Below the pieces are notes generated by a model that did no database searches, had not been told where the DNA came from, and saw only the letters and a program-made list of their open reading frames with translations. The position numbers and the translations under genes were made by a program. A stretch of 64,000 nucleotides of DNA from Thermomonas sp. (GTDB lineage Bacteria > Pseudomonadota > Gammaproteobacteria > Xanthomonadales > Xanthomonadaceae): NCBI GenBank assembly GCA_047602125.1, contig JASGIB010000001.1, forward strand, positions 911,284 through 975,283, written 5' to 3'. Shown one piece after another: positions 23,440 through 36,787 of this stretch; the first letter of the stretch is position 1, and every line of letters starts with the position of its first letter.

Positions 23440-24170
23440 GTCCTTCCCTGCGTTGCCGGCGCCGTCGCGGCCGACGGCGTCGACCAGCTGAGCGCGAAAC
23501 CATTGGTGTAGCGGAGATCCGCGCGTTGCAGCGGCAACTGCTTCTGCGAGAGCAGTTGCGGCAACAGCCCGGCGAAACGGGTCAGGCGCAGGCGCGCCTC
23601 GCGGCTGCCGATCTCGACCTGCACGCCGCTGGACAGCGTCAGCGACCAGCTGCCGCGCGCGTCGAGTTCGAGCGAACGCACGTCGAACCCGGTCGGCGCG
23701 AACAGTTCGCGCGATTCGTTGTACATCGCGACCACGTCGGCGACGCGCGCGTCCGGGCCGTCGAGCAGCGGCAGGTTCGCCGGCGGCTTCACGTTGGCGG
23801 CCGGGAACAGCTCGCCCTCCTCCGACAGCAACCGGTCGTCGCCCCAGCGCGCGAACGGGCGGTGTTCGACGATGCGCACCTCGAGCACGTCCGGCCAGCG
23901 CTTGTGCACTTCGGCGCGTTCCACCCACGGCACCGCGGCGACCGCCGCCTGCGCGCGGTCCAGGCGCACGGCGAAGAAGCCCTGGCGCGCGTACGGGATC
24001 AATGCCGCGCGCACCGCCGCCGGATCCACGCGTTCCACGTGGCCCTGCAGGCGCAGCGTCTTCAGCGGCCAGCGCTCGGCGCCGATCCAGCCGTTGACCA
24101 GCGCGACCACCGGCAACGCGACCAGCGCCACCGCGAGCAACCAGGCCAGCGCGCGCAACAGGCCGCTCAT
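23436..24170 (-). CDS. ftsQ: Cell division protein FtsQ
   Basis: Single TM, POTRA domain ([15 protein letters not shown]), DLRYTNGFA; lies between ddl and ftsA. Confidence 0.95.
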   Translation of the reverse strand: MSGLLRALAWLLAVALVALPVVALVNGWIGAERWPLKTLRLQGHVERVDPAAVRAALIPYARQGFFAVRLDRAQAAVAAVPWVERAEVHKRWPDVLEVRIVEHRPFARWGDDRLLSEEGELFPAANVKPPANLPLLDGPDARVADVVAMYNESRELFAPTGFDVRSLELDARGSWSLTLSSGVQVEIGSREARLRLTRFAGLLPQLLSQKQLPLQRADLRYTNGFALSWSTPSAATAPATQGRT

Positions 24171-25126
24171 GCGCGCGGCTCCAGCGATTGTTCGAGGATG
24201 CGCCAGCACAGCTCGTCGAATTCCACGCCGAGCTGGCGCGCGGCCTTCGGCACCAGCGAATGGCTGGTCATGCCCGGCGCGGTGTTCACTTCGAGCAGGA
24301 ACAGGTTGCCGGCGCCATCGCGCATCACGTCGACGCGGCCCCATCCATCGCAGCCGGCGGCGCGGAACGCGGCCAGCGCGAGCGCGCGGATCGCGTCTTC
24401 CTGCGCACCTTCGAGGCCCGGGCAGAGGTACTGCGTGTCGTCCGCGACGTACTTGGCGTTGTAGTCGTACCAGCCCTGCCTGGGCACGATGCGGATCGAG
24501 GGCAGCGCGATGTCGCCGAGCACGCCGACCGTGAGCTCGTCGCCGACGATCATCTGTTCCATCAGCATCTCGCCGCCGTAGTCGCGGGCGACGCGGATCG
24601 CCTCGTCGATGCCGGCTTCGTCGACGACGCGGGCGACGCCGACGCTGGAACCCTCGCTCGACGGCTTCACGAACACCGGCAGGCCGAGGCGTAATGCCGC
24701 AGCGCGCACGTCCGTGCCCGGCGCGAGTCGTTCGAAGCGCGGGGTCGGCAAGCCCGCGCTCATCCACACCTGCTTGGTGCGGATCTTGTCCATGGTCAGC
24801 GCGCTGCCGAGCACGCCGGGACCGGTGTACGGGACTTCCAGCGCTTCGAGCAGCCCCTGCAGCACGCCGTCCTCGCCGCCGCCGCGGTTGCCGTGCAGGA
24901 TGTTGAACACGCGGTCGAACTTGCCGTGCACCAGCGCGTCGACCAGCGCCGGGATGCCGTCCACCGCATGCGCATCGACGCCGCGCGAACGCAACGCCTC
25001 GAGCACGTTGCGCCCGGAATCGAGCGAAACCTCGCGCTCGGCGCTGCTGCCGCCCATCAGCACGGCGACGCGGCCGAACGCATTCGCGTCGGTGCTGCGC
25101 AACGGCGGGAAGGCATGTGCGCTCAC
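24167..25126 (-). CDS. ddl: D-alanine--D-alanine ligase
   Basis: [40 protein letters not shown]. Confidence 0.97.
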   Translation of the reverse strand: MSAHAFPPLRSTDANAFGRVAVLMGGSSAEREVSLDSGRNVLEALRSRGVDAHAVDGIPALVDALVHGKFDRVFNILHGNRGGGEDGVLQGLLEALEVPYTGPGVLGSALTMDKIRTKQVWMSAGLPTPRFERLAPGTDVRAAALRLGLPVFVKPSSEGSSVGVARVVDEAGIDEAIRVARDYGGEMLMEQMIVGDELTVGVLGDIALPSIRIVPRQGWYDYNAKYVADDTQYLCPGLEGAQEDAIRALALAAFRAAGCDGWGRVDVMRDGAGNLFLLEVNTAPGMTSHSLVPKAARQLGVEFDELCWRILEQSLEPRA

Positions 25127-26568
25127 GTGCCCTCCCCCGCGAAACCCTGCGTCGCCAGCGCCTGCGCCGCGGCGCCGATGTCGCCCGCGCCCATCAGCAG
25201 CACCAGGTCGCCGTCCTGCAGCACGTCGGGCAGCACCGTGGCGAGTTCGGAGGCGGCGTTCACCACGACCGGATCGACGCGGCCGCGGGTGCGGATCGCG
25301 CGCGCCAGCGACTTCGCGTCCGCGCCGGCGATCGGCGCTTCACCGGCCGGGTACACCTCGGTCAGCACCAGCGCGTCGGCTTCCGACAGCACCGCGGCGA
25401 AGTCGTCGAACAGGTCGCGGGTGCGCGAATAACGATGCGGCTGGAACGCGACCACGAGGCGGCGCTGCGGCCAACCGCCGCGCGCGGCCGCGAACACCGC
25501 CGCGAGTTCGCGCGGATGGTGGCCGTAGTCGTCGACCAGCGTCGCGGTGCCGCCGCGCGGCAGCGTCGCGTCCGCGAGCACGTTGAAGCGGCGGCCGATG
25601 CCGGCGAACTGGCGGAATGCGTTCGCGATTTTTTCCGGCGCGACGCCGAGCTGCCAGCCGACCGCGGCCGCGGCCAGCGCGTTCTGCACGTTGTGCAGGC
25701 CCGGCAGCGCGAGCTCGACCTCGCTGCGCGTGCCGTCGGGCAGGCACAGTTCGAAGCGCATCGCGGCACCGGCCTGGCGCACGTTTTCCGCGCGCACATC
25801 GGCTTCGGGCGACAGGCCGTACGTGGTGACGTGGCGCGGCATGTCCGCCGCGAGCTTCGCCACTTCCGCATCGTCGATGCACAACACCGCGAGGCCGTAG
25901 AACGGCAAGCGGTGCAGGAATTCGGAGAACGCGGCCTGCACTCGGGCGAAATCGCCGCCGTAGTTCTCCAGGTGGTCGGCGTCGATGTTGGTAACGATCG
26001 CGACCAACGGGTTCAGGCGCAGGAAACTGCCGTCGCTTTCGTCGGCTTCGGCCACGAGCCACTGGCCCTGGCCGAGCCTGGCGTTGGCGCCGGCCGCAAG
26101 CAATTGCCCGCCGATCACGAAGGTCGGGTCGAGGCCGCCTTCGCCGAGCACGCTGGCGGTGAGCGATGTGGTGGTGGTCTTGCCGTGCGTCCCCGCGACC
26201 GCGATGCCGCGGCGGAAACGCATCAGCTCGGCCAGCATCTCCGCGCGCGGCACGATCGGGATGCGTTGCGCGCGCGCTTCCATCAGTTCCGGGTTGTCCG
26301 GCCGGATCGCGCTCGACACCACGATGCAGTCGGCGCCGAGCACGTTCGCCGCGGCGTGGCCGCGCAGCACGCGTGCGCCGAGCGCGGCCAGCCGCCGGGT
26401 CGCCGCGTTGTCGGCGTTGTCCGAACCGGAGACCTCGTAGCCGAGCGTGCACAGCACTTCGGCGATGCCGCTCATGCCGACGCCGCCGATGCCGACGAAA
26501 TGCACGCGCCGGTGCTGGCTGGCGAGATCGCCCTGGTGCTGCAGGCGGCCGTGCAGGTTGCGCTTCAC
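25123..26568 (-). CDS. murC: UDP-N-acetylmuramate--L-alanine ligase
   Basis: [32 protein letters not shown]; GTG start overlapping the murG stop. Confidence 0.98.
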   Translation of the reverse strand: MKRNLHGRLQHQGDLASQHRRVHFVGIGGVGMSGIAEVLCTLGYEVSGSDNADNAATRRLAALGARVLRGHAAANVLGADCIVVSSAIRPDNPELMEARAQRIPIVPRAEMLAELMRFRRGIAVAGTHGKTTTTSLTASVLGEGGLDPTFVIGGQLLAAGANARLGQGQWLVAEADESDGSFLRLNPLVAIVTNIDADHLENYGGDFARVQAAFSEFLHRLPFYGLAVLCIDDAEVAKLAADMPRHVTTYGLSPEADVRAENVRQAGAAMRFELCLPDGTRSEVELALPGLHNVQNALAAAAVGWQLGVAPEKIANAFRQFAGIGRRFNVLADATLPRGGTATLVDDYGHHPRELAAVFAAARGGWPQRRLVVAFQPHRYSRTRDLFDDFAAVLSEADALVLTEVYPAGEAPIAGADAKSLARAIRTRGRVDPVVVNAASELATVLPDVLQDGDLVLLMGAGDIGAAAQALATQGFAGEGT

Positions 26569-27665
26569 GCGGCCTCCTGCAACACGATGTCCGCGACGCG
26601 TTCCGCGGCGTCCGGCAAGGCGATGGCGCGCGCGGCTTCGGCCATGGCGAGCCGGCGGCGCGGGTCGGCGGCGAGTTCGCGCAAGGCCCGGGCGAGGTTC
26701 GAGGCGAGGCGTTCGTCCTGCGCGAACAGCAACGCGGCGCCGCGTTCGACCAGGTATTCGGCGTTGCGGGTCTGGTGGTCGTCCACCGCCTGCGGGAACG
26801 GCACCAGCACGCTGCCGACGCCGGCGGCGCACAGCTCGGCCAGGGTCAGCGCACCGGCGCGGCAGACCACGAGGTCGGCCCATGCGTAGGCCGCGGCCAT
26901 GTCCGCGATGAACGGTTCCACCGATGCGGCGACGTTCGCATCGGCGTAGGCGCGACGCGCATCGTCGAGCATCTTCTCGCCGCACTGGTGGCGGATGTCG
27001 AATGCGATGTCCGCGAGCGAAGCCGCTGCCTGCGGCAATGCGGCGTTCAAGGCGCGCGCGCCCTGGCTGCCGCCGAGCACGAGCAGGCGCAACGCGCCGG
27101 TGCGACCGGCGAAGCGTTCGGCCGGTGGTGCGATCGCGGCGATTTCGCTGCGCACCGGGTTTCCGACGACCTCCTCGCGGGCGAAAGTCTGCGGGAAACC
27201 GACCAGCACGCGGCGCGCGACCTTGGACAGCACGCGATTGGTCAGGCCGGGCGCGCGGTTCTGTTCGTGCACCAGCAGCGGCAGGCCCGCGAGGCGCGCG
27301 GCGATGCCGCCCGGCCCCGACGCGTAACCGCCGAAACTCAGCACCGCGCGCGGCTGCTTCGCGCGCAACACCCGCGCCGCGGCGCGTACCGCCGCGAGCA
27401 CGCGCACCGGCGCGCCGAGCAGCGTGGCGAAGCCCTTTCCGCGCAGGCCCTTCACCGCGATGGTTTCGAGTTCGATGCCGTGCTGCGGCACGAGGCGGGT
27501 TTCCATCGCGCCGTTGGCGCCGAGCCAGGCGACCGGCACGCCGCGCGCGCGCAGCGCCGCGGCCACGGCGAGGCCGGGGAAAATGTGCCCGCCGGTGCCG
27601 CCGGCGAGGATGATGACTGGAGCCGAATCGCCAAGTCGATTCGTCGCGGGCCCGTTTCCGCTCAC
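26565..27665 (-). CDS. murG: Lipid II N-acetylglucosaminyltransferase
   Basis: [33 protein letters not shown]. Confidence 0.98.
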   Translation of the reverse strand: MSGNGPATNRLGDSAPVIILAGGTGGHIFPGLAVAAALRARGVPVAWLGANGAMETRLVPQHGIELETIAVKGLRGKGFATLLGAPVRVLAAVRAAARVLRAKQPRAVLSFGGYASGPGGIAARLAGLPLLVHEQNRAPGLTNRVLSKVARRVLVGFPQTFAREEVVGNPVRSEIAAIAPPAERFAGRTGALRLLVLGGSQGARALNAALPQAAASLADIAFDIRHQCGEKMLDDARRAYADANVAASVEPFIADMAAAYAWADLVVCRAGALTLAELCAAGVGSVLVPFPQAVDDHQTRNAEYLVERGAALLFAQDERLASNLARALRELAADPRRRLAMAEAARAIALPDAAERVADIVLQEAA

Positions 27666-28957
27666 GTTCCCTTCCTCAGGCCGAGGGTGGGCTCGACGCG
27701 CTGGCGCAGGCGGCTGGTGCCGCGCACCGGCGCGACGTCCGCCGGCGCGGGTTGCGCGGTCGCGGGCGTGCCCGCGGACGTGCGCTGCGCTTCGCCACGC
27801 AGCAGCGCGACCTGGCGTTGCGCGCGCTCGTATTCGTAGGACACGCGCAGCAGCAGGCCAAGCGCGGCGCAGGTCATCAGCACGCTCGAACCGCCCGAGG
27901 AAATCAGCGGCAGGGTCAGGCCCTTGGTCGGCAGCAGGCCGAAGTTCACGCCGATCGACACGAAGCTCTGCAGGCTCATCCACAGCGCGATGCCGAAGGC
28001 GATGTATCCGGCGAAATGCCGCCGCATCTCCACGCACTTGTAGCCGAGCCAGAACGCGCGGCCTGCGAGCAGCGCGTACATCGCCACGACCAGGCACACG
28101 CCGAAGAACCCGAGCTCCTCGGCGATCACCGCCATGATGAAGTCGGTGTGCGCCTCGGGCAGGTACGAGAGCTTCTGCACCGATCCGCCGAGGCCCACGC
28201 CCCAGAATTCGCCGCGGCCCACCGCCATCAGCGCATTAGTGAGCTGGTAGCCGCTGTCGAACGGATCCGACCACGGGTTCCAGAACGAGGTGAAGCGGCG
28301 GATGCGGTACGGCTCGGCGATCGCGATCGCGGCGAGCACCGGCAGACCGATCACCACCGGCGCCGCCATCTTCGGCAGGTGCACGCCGCCGAGGATCAGC
28401 ATGCCCGCGGTGATGGCCAGGATCAGCGACAGCGAACCGAAGTCCGGTTGCAGGATCAGCAACGCGACCAGCGCGGTCGCGACGCCGAGCGGCTTGAGCA
28501 TCGCGCCCCAGGTCGCGTTGACCTCGTCGCGGAAGCGCACCAGGTAGCTCGCCAGCCACACGATGTACATCACCTTCACCGCTTCCACCACCTGGAAGCG
28601 CAGCACTACCAGGTTGATCCAGCGGCGCGCGCCGTTGACGCGCACGCCCAGGCCCGGCACGAACACCAGCAGCAGCAGCGCGAAGCAGGCCAGCAGCAGC
28701 AACTGGTTGTACTTCTCGACCAGCTTGAGCTCGGTGCGCATCGCCACCACCGCCAGCGCCACGCCGCCGGCGAGGAACATCAGGTGCTTCTCGAGGAAGT
28801 AGAACGGGCCGACGTGCAGGCCCTCGCCGATCGCGATGGAACTGGAGGCGACCATCACCACGCCGAAGCATGCCAGCGCGATCGACACGCCCAGCAGCCA
28901 CGGGTCGAAGCGCCCTTCGATCGCGTCCAGCCTCGTCGCCTGGCGGATTTCTTCCAT
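27662..28957 (-). CDS. ftsW: Peptidoglycan polymerase FtsW
   Basis: [35 protein letters not shown]. Confidence 0.98.
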   Translation of the reverse strand: MEEIRQATRLDAIEGRFDPWLLGVSIALACFGVVMVASSSIAIGEGLHVGPFYFLEKHLMFLAGGVALAVVAMRTELKLVEKYNQLLLLACFALLLLVFVPGLGVRVNGARRWINLVVLRFQVVEAVKVMYIVWLASYLVRFRDEVNATWGAMLKPLGVATALVALLILQPDFGSLSLILAITAGMLILGGVHLPKMAAPVVIGLPVLAAIAIAEPYRIRRFTSFWNPWSDPFDSGYQLTNALMAVGRGEFWGVGLGGSVQKLSYLPEAHTDFIMAVIAEELGFFGVCLVVAMYALLAGRAFWLGYKCVEMRRHFAGYIAFGIALWMSLQSFVSIGVNFGLLPTKGLTLPLISSGGSSVLMTCAALGLLLRVSYEYERAQRQVALLRGEAQRTSAGTPATAQPAPADVAPVRGTSRLRQRVEPTLGLRKGT

Positions 28958-30039
28958 CAGCGCACCTTCAGCGTGGCGAGGCCGACGAGGACGAGCACCA
29001 CCGAGATGATCCAGAAGCGTACGATCACGCGCGGCTCGGGCCAGCCCTTGAGCTCGAAGTGGTGGTGGATCGGCGCCATCCGGAACACGCGCTTGCCGGT
29101 GAGCTTGAACGAGGCCACCTGGATCATCACCGACAGCGTTTCGATGACGAAGATGCCGCCCATGATCACCAGCACCAGTTCCTGGCGCACGATCACCGCG
29201 ACGGTTCCGAGCACCGCACCCAGCGCGAGCGCGCCGATGTCGCCCATGAACACCATCGCCGGATAGGTGTTGAACCAGAGGAAGCCGAGGCCGGCGCCGG
29301 CGATCGCGGCGCAGATCACCACCAGTTCGCCCGCGCCCGGCACCTGCGGGATTTGCAGGTACTTCGAGAACTCGGCGTGGCCCGAGGCGTAGGCGAAGAT
29401 GCCGAGCGCGCAGGCGACCAGCACCGCCGGCATGATCGCGAGGCCATCGAGGCCGTCGGTGAGGTTCACCGCGTTGGAGAAACCGACGATCCAGAAGTAG
29501 GCGATGGCGACGAAGCCGATGCCGGCCAGCGGCAGCGCGATCGACTTGAACAACGGCACGTAGAACGTGGTCGCGGCCGGCACGTCGGCGTAGGCGTAGA
29601 GGTAGATGCCGGCGGCGAGGCCGAGCAGCGACTGGCACAGGTACTTCCAGCGCGACTTCATCCCGTTCGGGTCGCGCCTGACGATCTTCACCCAGTCGTC
29701 GTACCACCCGATCGCGCCGAAGCCGATCATCACCGCGAGCACGACCCACACGTACTTGTTGCGCAGGTCGGCCCACAGCAGCACCGAGGCCAGCACCGTG
29801 AGCAGGATCAGCGCGCCGCCCATGGTCGGCGTGCCGGCCTTGGTGAAATGCGTCTGCGGGCCGTCGGTGCGGATCGGCTGGCCCTTGAATTCGGCCAGCT
29901 TGCGGATCATCGCCGGGCCCCACCACAACGACAGCGACAGCGCGGTGAGCGCGCTGAGGATGCCGCGGAAGGTGAGGTAGTTGAACAGCCCGAACAGGCG
30001 CTGCAACTGTTCCAGCCAACGGGTCAGTTCAAGCAGCAT
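28957..30039 (-). CDS. mraY: Phospho-N-acetylmuramoyl-pentapeptide transferase
   Basis: [35 protein letters not shown]. Confidence 0.99.
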   Translation of the reverse strand: MLLELTRWLEQLQRLFGLFNYLTFRGILSALTALSLSLWWGPAMIRKLAEFKGQPIRTDGPQTHFTKAGTPTMGGALILLTVLASVLLWADLRNKYVWVVLAVMIGFGAIGWYDDWVKIVRRDPNGMKSRWKYLCQSLLGLAAGIYLYAYADVPAATTFYVPLFKSIALPLAGIGFVAIAYFWIVGFSNAVNLTDGLDGLAIMPAVLVACALGIFAYASGHAEFSKYLQIPQVPGAGELVVICAAIAGAGLGFLWFNTYPAMVFMGDIGALALGAVLGTVAVIVRQELVLVIMGGIFVIETLSVMIQVASFKLTGKRVFRMAPIHHHFELKGWPEPRVIVRFWIISVVLVLVGLATLKVR

Positions 30040-31455
30040 GCTGCGATTCCCCCTCGAGCAGGGCCGCGACCACGCGGTCCATCGCGCTGCCGCGCGAGCC
30101 CTTCACCAGGATGCGCACGTCGCCGCGCATGTCGGCGTGCAGCGCATCGGCGAGCGCTTCGTGCGAATCGAAATGGCGCGCCCCCGCGCCGAAGCCTTCC
30201 ACCGTCGCCGCGCTGAGTTCGCCGAGCGCGTACAACCGCGCGATGCCCGCGGCCTTCGCGCGCCGGCCGGCGGCCGCGTGCAGGGCGCGCGCGTCGTCGC
30301 CGAGTTCGCGCATGTCGCCGAGCACCAGCCACGCTTCCCCGCCCGACGACGCGAGCGTGTCGATGGCGGCATCGAGCGAACCGGGATTGGCGTTGTAGCT
30401 GTCGTCGATCAGCAGCGCGCCGTTGCCGAGGCGGTGGCGCACGAGGCGACCGGCGACCGCGCGCGCTTCGCCGAGGCCGGCGCGGATCGCGTCCAGCGAT
30501 ACGCCGGCGCCCAGCGACATGGCCGCGGCGGCCAGCGCGTTGCGCATGTTGTGGCGTCCGGCGAGCGCGAGTTCGACCCGCACCTCGCCCTGCGGCGTGG
30601 CCAGGACGAAACGGGATCCGTCCGCGTTCGCGGCGATGTCGCGCGCGGTGACGTTGGCGCTGGCGTCGAGGCCGAAGCACAGCACGCGGCGATCCTTCGC
30701 GCGTTCGATGAAATACGGGGAAAACGCATCGTCGGCGTTGACCACCGCGACGCCGTCCGCCGGCAATGCGTCGTAGATCGCGGCCTTGGTGTCGGCGACG
30801 CCGAGCAGGCTGCCCATGCGCTCGAGGTGCGCGGGCGCGATGTTGTTGACCAGCGCGACGTTGGGTCGCGCGATGGCGGTGAGATAAGCGATGTCGCCGG
30901 GCTTGCCCGCGCCCATTTCGTACACTGCGAAATCGGCATCGTCCGGCGCGTCGATCACCGCCAGCGGCAGGCCGATCTCGTTGTTGCGGTTGCCGGGATT
31001 CGCGTAGGCCTTGCCTGCATGCGCGAGGATCGCCAGCAGCAGCGACTTCACGCTGGTCTTGCCGTTGCTGCCGGTGACCGCGAGCACCTTGCCGACGCGC
31101 CGTTCCTGCAAGGTGCGGGCGATATCGCCCAGCGCGCGTTCGGTGTCGGCGACGATGACCTGAGGAAGATCGATGTCGAGCGTGCGCGACACGAGGGCAG
31201 CGACCGGTGCCCTTGTGGGAGGGGCTTCAGTCCCGACACGTTTCTCCGCGGATTCCGTCGGGGCTGAAGCCCCTCCCACGAATGCCACAAGCGAATCGTG
31301 GCCGTCGAAGTTTTCGCCCTTCAGCGCGACGAACAGCACGCGGCGGCCGTCGGCGGCGAGCGTGCGGGTGTCGGTCGACACCGCGTCGACCTCGGCATCG
31401 TCGCCGTGGAGGCGACCGCCGCACCACTGCGCGATCCGTGCGAGCCGCAACGCCT

Positions 31456-31459
<4 letters not shown>
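30029..31459 (-). CDS. murF: UDP-MurNAc-tripeptide--D-Ala-D-Ala ligase, carrying an in-frame REP-derived insertion
   Basis: [33 protein letters not shown]. The insertion encodes ...[24 protein letters not shown]... Confidence 0.97.
31215..31279. repeat. GTGG/GTAG-type REP inverted doublet inside murF
   Basis: 23-nt arms 31215-31237 gtgggaggggcttcagtcccgac and 31257-31279 (revcomp gtgggaggggcttcagccccgac), one mismatch, 19-nt spacer. Confidence 0.9.
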
Positions 31460-32936
<1,477 letters not shown>

Positions 32937-32940
<4 letters not shown>

Positions 32941-34808
32941 GGCGTCACCGCCTGCACGTCGTCGTTGCCCGGTTCGTCCGCGCCGTCGACGACGTTCGCG
33001 AACTTGGGCACGGGCTTGCCGCCACGTGCCTTCGCCTCGGCGGCGGCCTGCGCGGCGAGCCAGGCGTCGATGTCGTCCGGCGGAACGTCCATCAGTCGCA
33101 GCGCGCCTTCCATCACGTTGTGGAAGACCGGACCCGCGACCAGGCCGCCGTAATACGAACCGATGGTGGGATCGTAGATCACCACCGCCATCGCGAAGCG
33201 CGGCTTGTCGACCGGCACCACGCCGGCGAAGAACGAGGTGTACTTGCGCGTATAGCCGCCGCGGCCGGAGATGCGCGACGTGCCGGTCTTGCCGGCGACG
33301 TGGTAGCCGAGGATCGCGGCCTGCGTGGCGGTGCCGCCCGGTTCGGTCACCGTCTGCATCATCTTCATCACCTCGTCCGCGATCTTCGGGTCGAGGACTT
33401 GCTGCGGCGGATTGCGTTCGCCCTTGACGAAGGTCGGCTGGATCGCGCGCCCGCCGTTGGCGATGGCCGCGTACGCGCGCGCGACCTGCAACGGCGTGGC
33501 CGAGAATCCGTAGCCGTAGGACATGGTCTGCTTGCTGGTTCCGCTCCAGCGCGCCGGCACCGGAAGCGAAGCGGGCGATTCGCCGGGGAACCCGCTATGC
33601 GTGCTCGTGCCGTAGCCCATCTTGTGGAAGAAATCGTAGAACTGCTGGTCGCTCAATCGCCGCGCGATCAGCGATGCGCCGACGTTCGAACTCTTGCGGA
33701 TCACGCCGGTGGTATCGAGCGTGCCGTAGTTGTGCGTATCGGTGGTGCGGTACTTGCCGTTCGGAATCCAGCCCGGGCTGGTGTTGAACATCGTGCGCGG
33801 GGTAATCACGCCCGCTTCCAGCGCCGCCGCCACGGTCAGCGGCTTGGCGGTCGAACCCGGCTCGAACGTGTCGGTCACCGCGCGGTTGCGGTGCGCGTCG
33901 CGGTTGCCGGTTTCCACGGCGTTCGGGTTGAACGAGGGCACGTTCGCCATCGCCAGCACTTCGCCGGTGGCGATGTCGAGCACCACCGCGGAACCGCTGC
34001 TCGCGCCGCTTTCCAGCAACTGCCGCTTGAGTTCGCGATAGGTCAGGTACTGGATGCGCCGGTCGATGCTCAGGGTCAGGTCGCGGCCGGGCGTCGCCGG
34101 TTGCACCAGGTCCACGTTTTCGACGATGCGCCCGCGGCGGTCGCGGATCACCTTCTCCAGGCCGGGCTTGCCGCGCAGCCAGTCGTCGAACGCGAGCTCG
34201 ACGCCTTCCTGGCCTTCGTCGTCGATGTTGGTGAAGCCGAGCACGTGCGCCAGCGCATCGCCCTGCGGGTAGAAGCGGCGGAATTCCCGCTGCGAAAACA
34301 CGCCGGGGATGTCGAGCGCCAGGATTTCCTTCGCCCGCGCGGGGTTCATGCGCCGCTGCAGCCACATGAATTCCTTGTCCGAGCGCTGCAGCACCTTGCG
34401 GGTGAGGTAGTCGGCAGGAACGCCGAGTGCGCGCGCCAGCTGCGGCAGGCGATCGGGGGTGCGCGAGAGTTCCTGCGGATTCGCCCAGATCGATTCGACC
34501 GGCGTCGACACCGCCAGGGGTTCGCCGTTGCGGTCGGTGATCATGCCGCGCGTGGTCGGGATCTCGAGTTCGCGCAGGAAGCGCTCGTCGCCCTGCTTGC
34601 GGTAGAACTCGTTGTCGACCAGCTGCAGGTCGACCGCGCGCCCGATCAGCGCCAGCGAGCACAGGCCGAGGCCGCCGCAGACGATCGCCAGCCGGCCGCG
34701 CAGGTTGAAGCCGCCGCGTTGCGGGCGCGGGCGCACCGGCGCCGCGGTGCGCGCGGGGTTCTGCTTCTGGCGGCGCTTGCCGAACATGTCCTTGGGGAAG
34801 ATGTTCAC
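32937..34808 (-). CDS. ftsI: Penicillin-binding protein 3 (septal transpeptidase)
   Basis: EPGSTAKP (SxxK), KSSN (SxN), KTG; GTG start overlapping the ftsL stop. Confidence 0.97.
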
Positions 34809-35074
34809 GGGCGTACCACCTCGATCTCCGCGCCCTCGGGGAACTTCATCCCGAGCTTGGTGCGCGCGATCTGGTCGACGCGGTTGCTTTCCGCCCAGGT
34901 CGCCTGCTCCAGCTGCAGGCGGCCGAAATCGATGTTGAGCTCGTCGCGCGCCTTCTCCAGCCCGCTGAGCTGGACGAACAGCTGGCGGTGTTCGTGGCGG
35001 TCGTACACCACGCCGATCGCGCTGGCGATGTTCACCAGCAGCAGCACCGCGAGCAGGAGGTAGGCCGGCTTCAT
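34805..35074 (-). CDS. ftsL: Cell division protein FtsL
   Basis: TM helix then coiled coil (LQLEQATW...ARTKLGM); position between rsmH and ftsI. Confidence 0.95.
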   Translation of the reverse strand: MKPAYLLLAVLLLVNIASAIGVVYDRHEHRQLFVQLSGLEKARDELNIDFGRLQLEQATWAESNRVDQIARTKLGMKFPEGAEIEVVRP

Positions 35075-36021
35075 GCGGCGCGCTCCGTCGGCAGGCGTTC
35101 GGCCACGCGCAGCACCGCGCTGCGAGCGCGCGGGTTCGCCGCGGTTTCCGCCTCGTCCGCGCGCTGCGCGCCATCGACCAGGCGCAGCGTCGGCGTGAAC
35201 GCGATTTCCACCGGCATGCGCCGGTTGGCCGGCGGCGCCTTCGCATGCTTCGCCATGAACTGCTTGACGATGCGGTCTTCCAGCGAATGGAAGCTGATCA
35301 CCGCCAGCCGACCGCCGGCCTTGAGGCGCGCGTGCGCGGCTTCGAGCCCCGCCTCGAGGTCCGCCAGCTCGCGGTTGATGAAGATGCGGATCGCCTGGAA
35401 CGAGCGCGTGGCGGGATGGATCCTGGATTCGCCGCGCGGCATGACGGATGCGACCAGGTCGGCGAGCTGCGCGGTGCGCAGCAACGGCGTTTCGACGCGC
35501 CGGGCGACGATGGCCCGCGCGATCCGCCGCGACTGGCGTTCCTCGCCGTAGGTCCAGAGCACGTCCGCGATCTCGCGTTCGTCGGCGCGCGCCAGCCATT
35601 CGGCCGCGCTCTCGCCCGCATCCGGATCCATGCGCATGTCCAGCGGGCCGTCCTTGCCGAAGCTGAAGCCGCGTTCGGCGACATCGAGCTGCGGCGACGA
35701 AACGCCGAGGTCGAACAGCACGCCGTCGAGGCCCGCGTCGGTGGCGTTCCACTGCGCGAGTTCGGCGAAGCTGCCGCGACGGATCGCGACGCGCGCATCG
35801 CCGCCGAACTCGTGGCCGGCCACGGCGATCGCCTCGGGATCCTTGTCCATCAGCAGCAACCGGCCTCCAGGCCCCAAGCGTTGCAGCACGCCCCGGGCGT
35901 GTCCGCCGCGCCCGAACGTGCCATCGAGGTAGGTTCCTTCCGTCTTCACCGCCAGGCCCTCCATGACCTGCGCGAACAACACCGGCACGTGCGCAGGCGC
36001 ATTGCCCGCGTCGCTCGTCAC
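35071..36021 (-). CDS. rsmH: 16S rRNA m4C1402 methyltransferase
   Basis: [39 protein letters not shown]. Confidence 0.98.
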   Translation of the reverse strand: MTSDAGNAPAHVPVLFAQVMEGLAVKTEGTYLDGTFGRGGHARGVLQRLGPGGRLLLMDKDPEAIAVAGHEFGGDARVAIRRGSFAELAQWNATDAGLDGVLFDLGVSSPQLDVAERGFSFGKDGPLDMRMDPDAGESAAEWLARADEREIADVLWTYGEERQSRRIARAIVARRVETPLLRTAQLADLVASVMPRGESRIHPATRSFQAIRIFINRELADLEAGLEAAHARLKAGGRLAVISFHSLEDRIVKQFMAKHAKAPPANRRMPVEIAFTPTLRLVDGAQRADEAETAANPRARSAVLRVAERLPTERAA

Positions 36022-36461
36022 AACTGCAAATCCAGCAATCCGTCGTCGAGGTCGTCGTCGCCGAGCGTTCTGCGGATCTGCTCGTGATGCGCCGCCTCGC
36101 CCCACAACTCGAACTTGTCGCCCATGCCGAGCAGCACCGCGCGCTTTTCCAGCCCGCAGGCGCTGCGCTGCGAAGCCGGGATCGAAATGCGCCCGCTGCC
36201 GTCGAGTTCGACGAAGCTCGCCGCACCGACCAGCTTCAATTGCAGGTTGCGATTCACGCTGCGCGTGCGCGGCAGCGCGTTGACCTGGTCGCGGACCTTT
36301 TCCCAGACCGGTTGCGGGTACAGGTACAGGCAGCCCGACTCGAACGGGTTGTAGGTCAGGACGAGCTGGTTCCCGGCCTTGGCCACGGCGTCGCGGAACG
36401 CGGTCGGGATCGCCAGCCGGCCCTTGTCGTCGATGGTGATGGCGGTTTCGCCCTGGAACAT
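36018..36461 (-). CDS. mraZ: Transcriptional repressor MraZ
   Basis: [10 protein letters not shown] and [10 protein letters not shown] twin SpoVT-AbrB repeats. Confidence 0.97.
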   Translation of the reverse strand: MFQGETAITIDDKGRLAIPTAFRDAVAKAGNQLVLTYNPFESGCLYLYPQPVWEKVRDQVNALPRTRSVNRNLQLKLVGAASFVELDGSGRISIPASQRSACGLEKRAVLLGMGDKFELWGEAAHHEQIRRTLGDDDLDDGLLDLQL

Positions 36462-36513
36462 TGCCCGATCCGTCTCCGGCCGTCGTGAGACGGTCATTAT
36501 TTGGCAACGGAAA

Positions 36514-36547
36514 CCACGGATTCCCCGGATTTCCCACTAGTCGCCAC
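36514..36547 (-). promoter_or_regulatory. MraZ operator (GTGG repeats at 10-bp period)
   Basis: Minus strand GTGG-GTGG-CGGG-GTGG; plus-strand ccac/cccg units start at 36544, 36534, 36524 and 36514; matches the known MraZ binding pattern. Confidence 0.8.
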
Positions 36548-36574
36548 ATTAGGCACGGTTCCGGGGCTTGTCAA
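36546..36574 (-). promoter_or_regulatory. sigma70 promoter of the dcw operon
   Basis: -35 TTGACA (36569-36574), 17-bp spacer, -10 TAATGT (36546-36551) overlapping the first MraZ box. Confidence 0.75.
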
Positions 36575-36644
36575 CAAAGGCTTTCGGGGAATTTCGCTTG
36601 GCCGGTCAAGGACTTGCGCAATACTTCAGAGACTTGTTCAAGCT

Positions 36645-36653
36645 TTATCCACA
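36645..36653 (+). promoter_or_regulatory. Consensus DnaA box
   Basis: Exact TTATCCACA about 70 bp upstream of the dcw -35 element. Confidence 0.6.
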
Positions 36654-36787
36654 AGCTGCTGTTTCGTCTCATTTTTTGAGAATCGATGATTTTTGGCGGA
36701 TCGCCTCCCCGGCCGATCGGGACGGAAATCGAGACATGTTGCGGCGCAATAAAATGAATGCGTCGCTCGCGGGCGGCACAATGGGCC

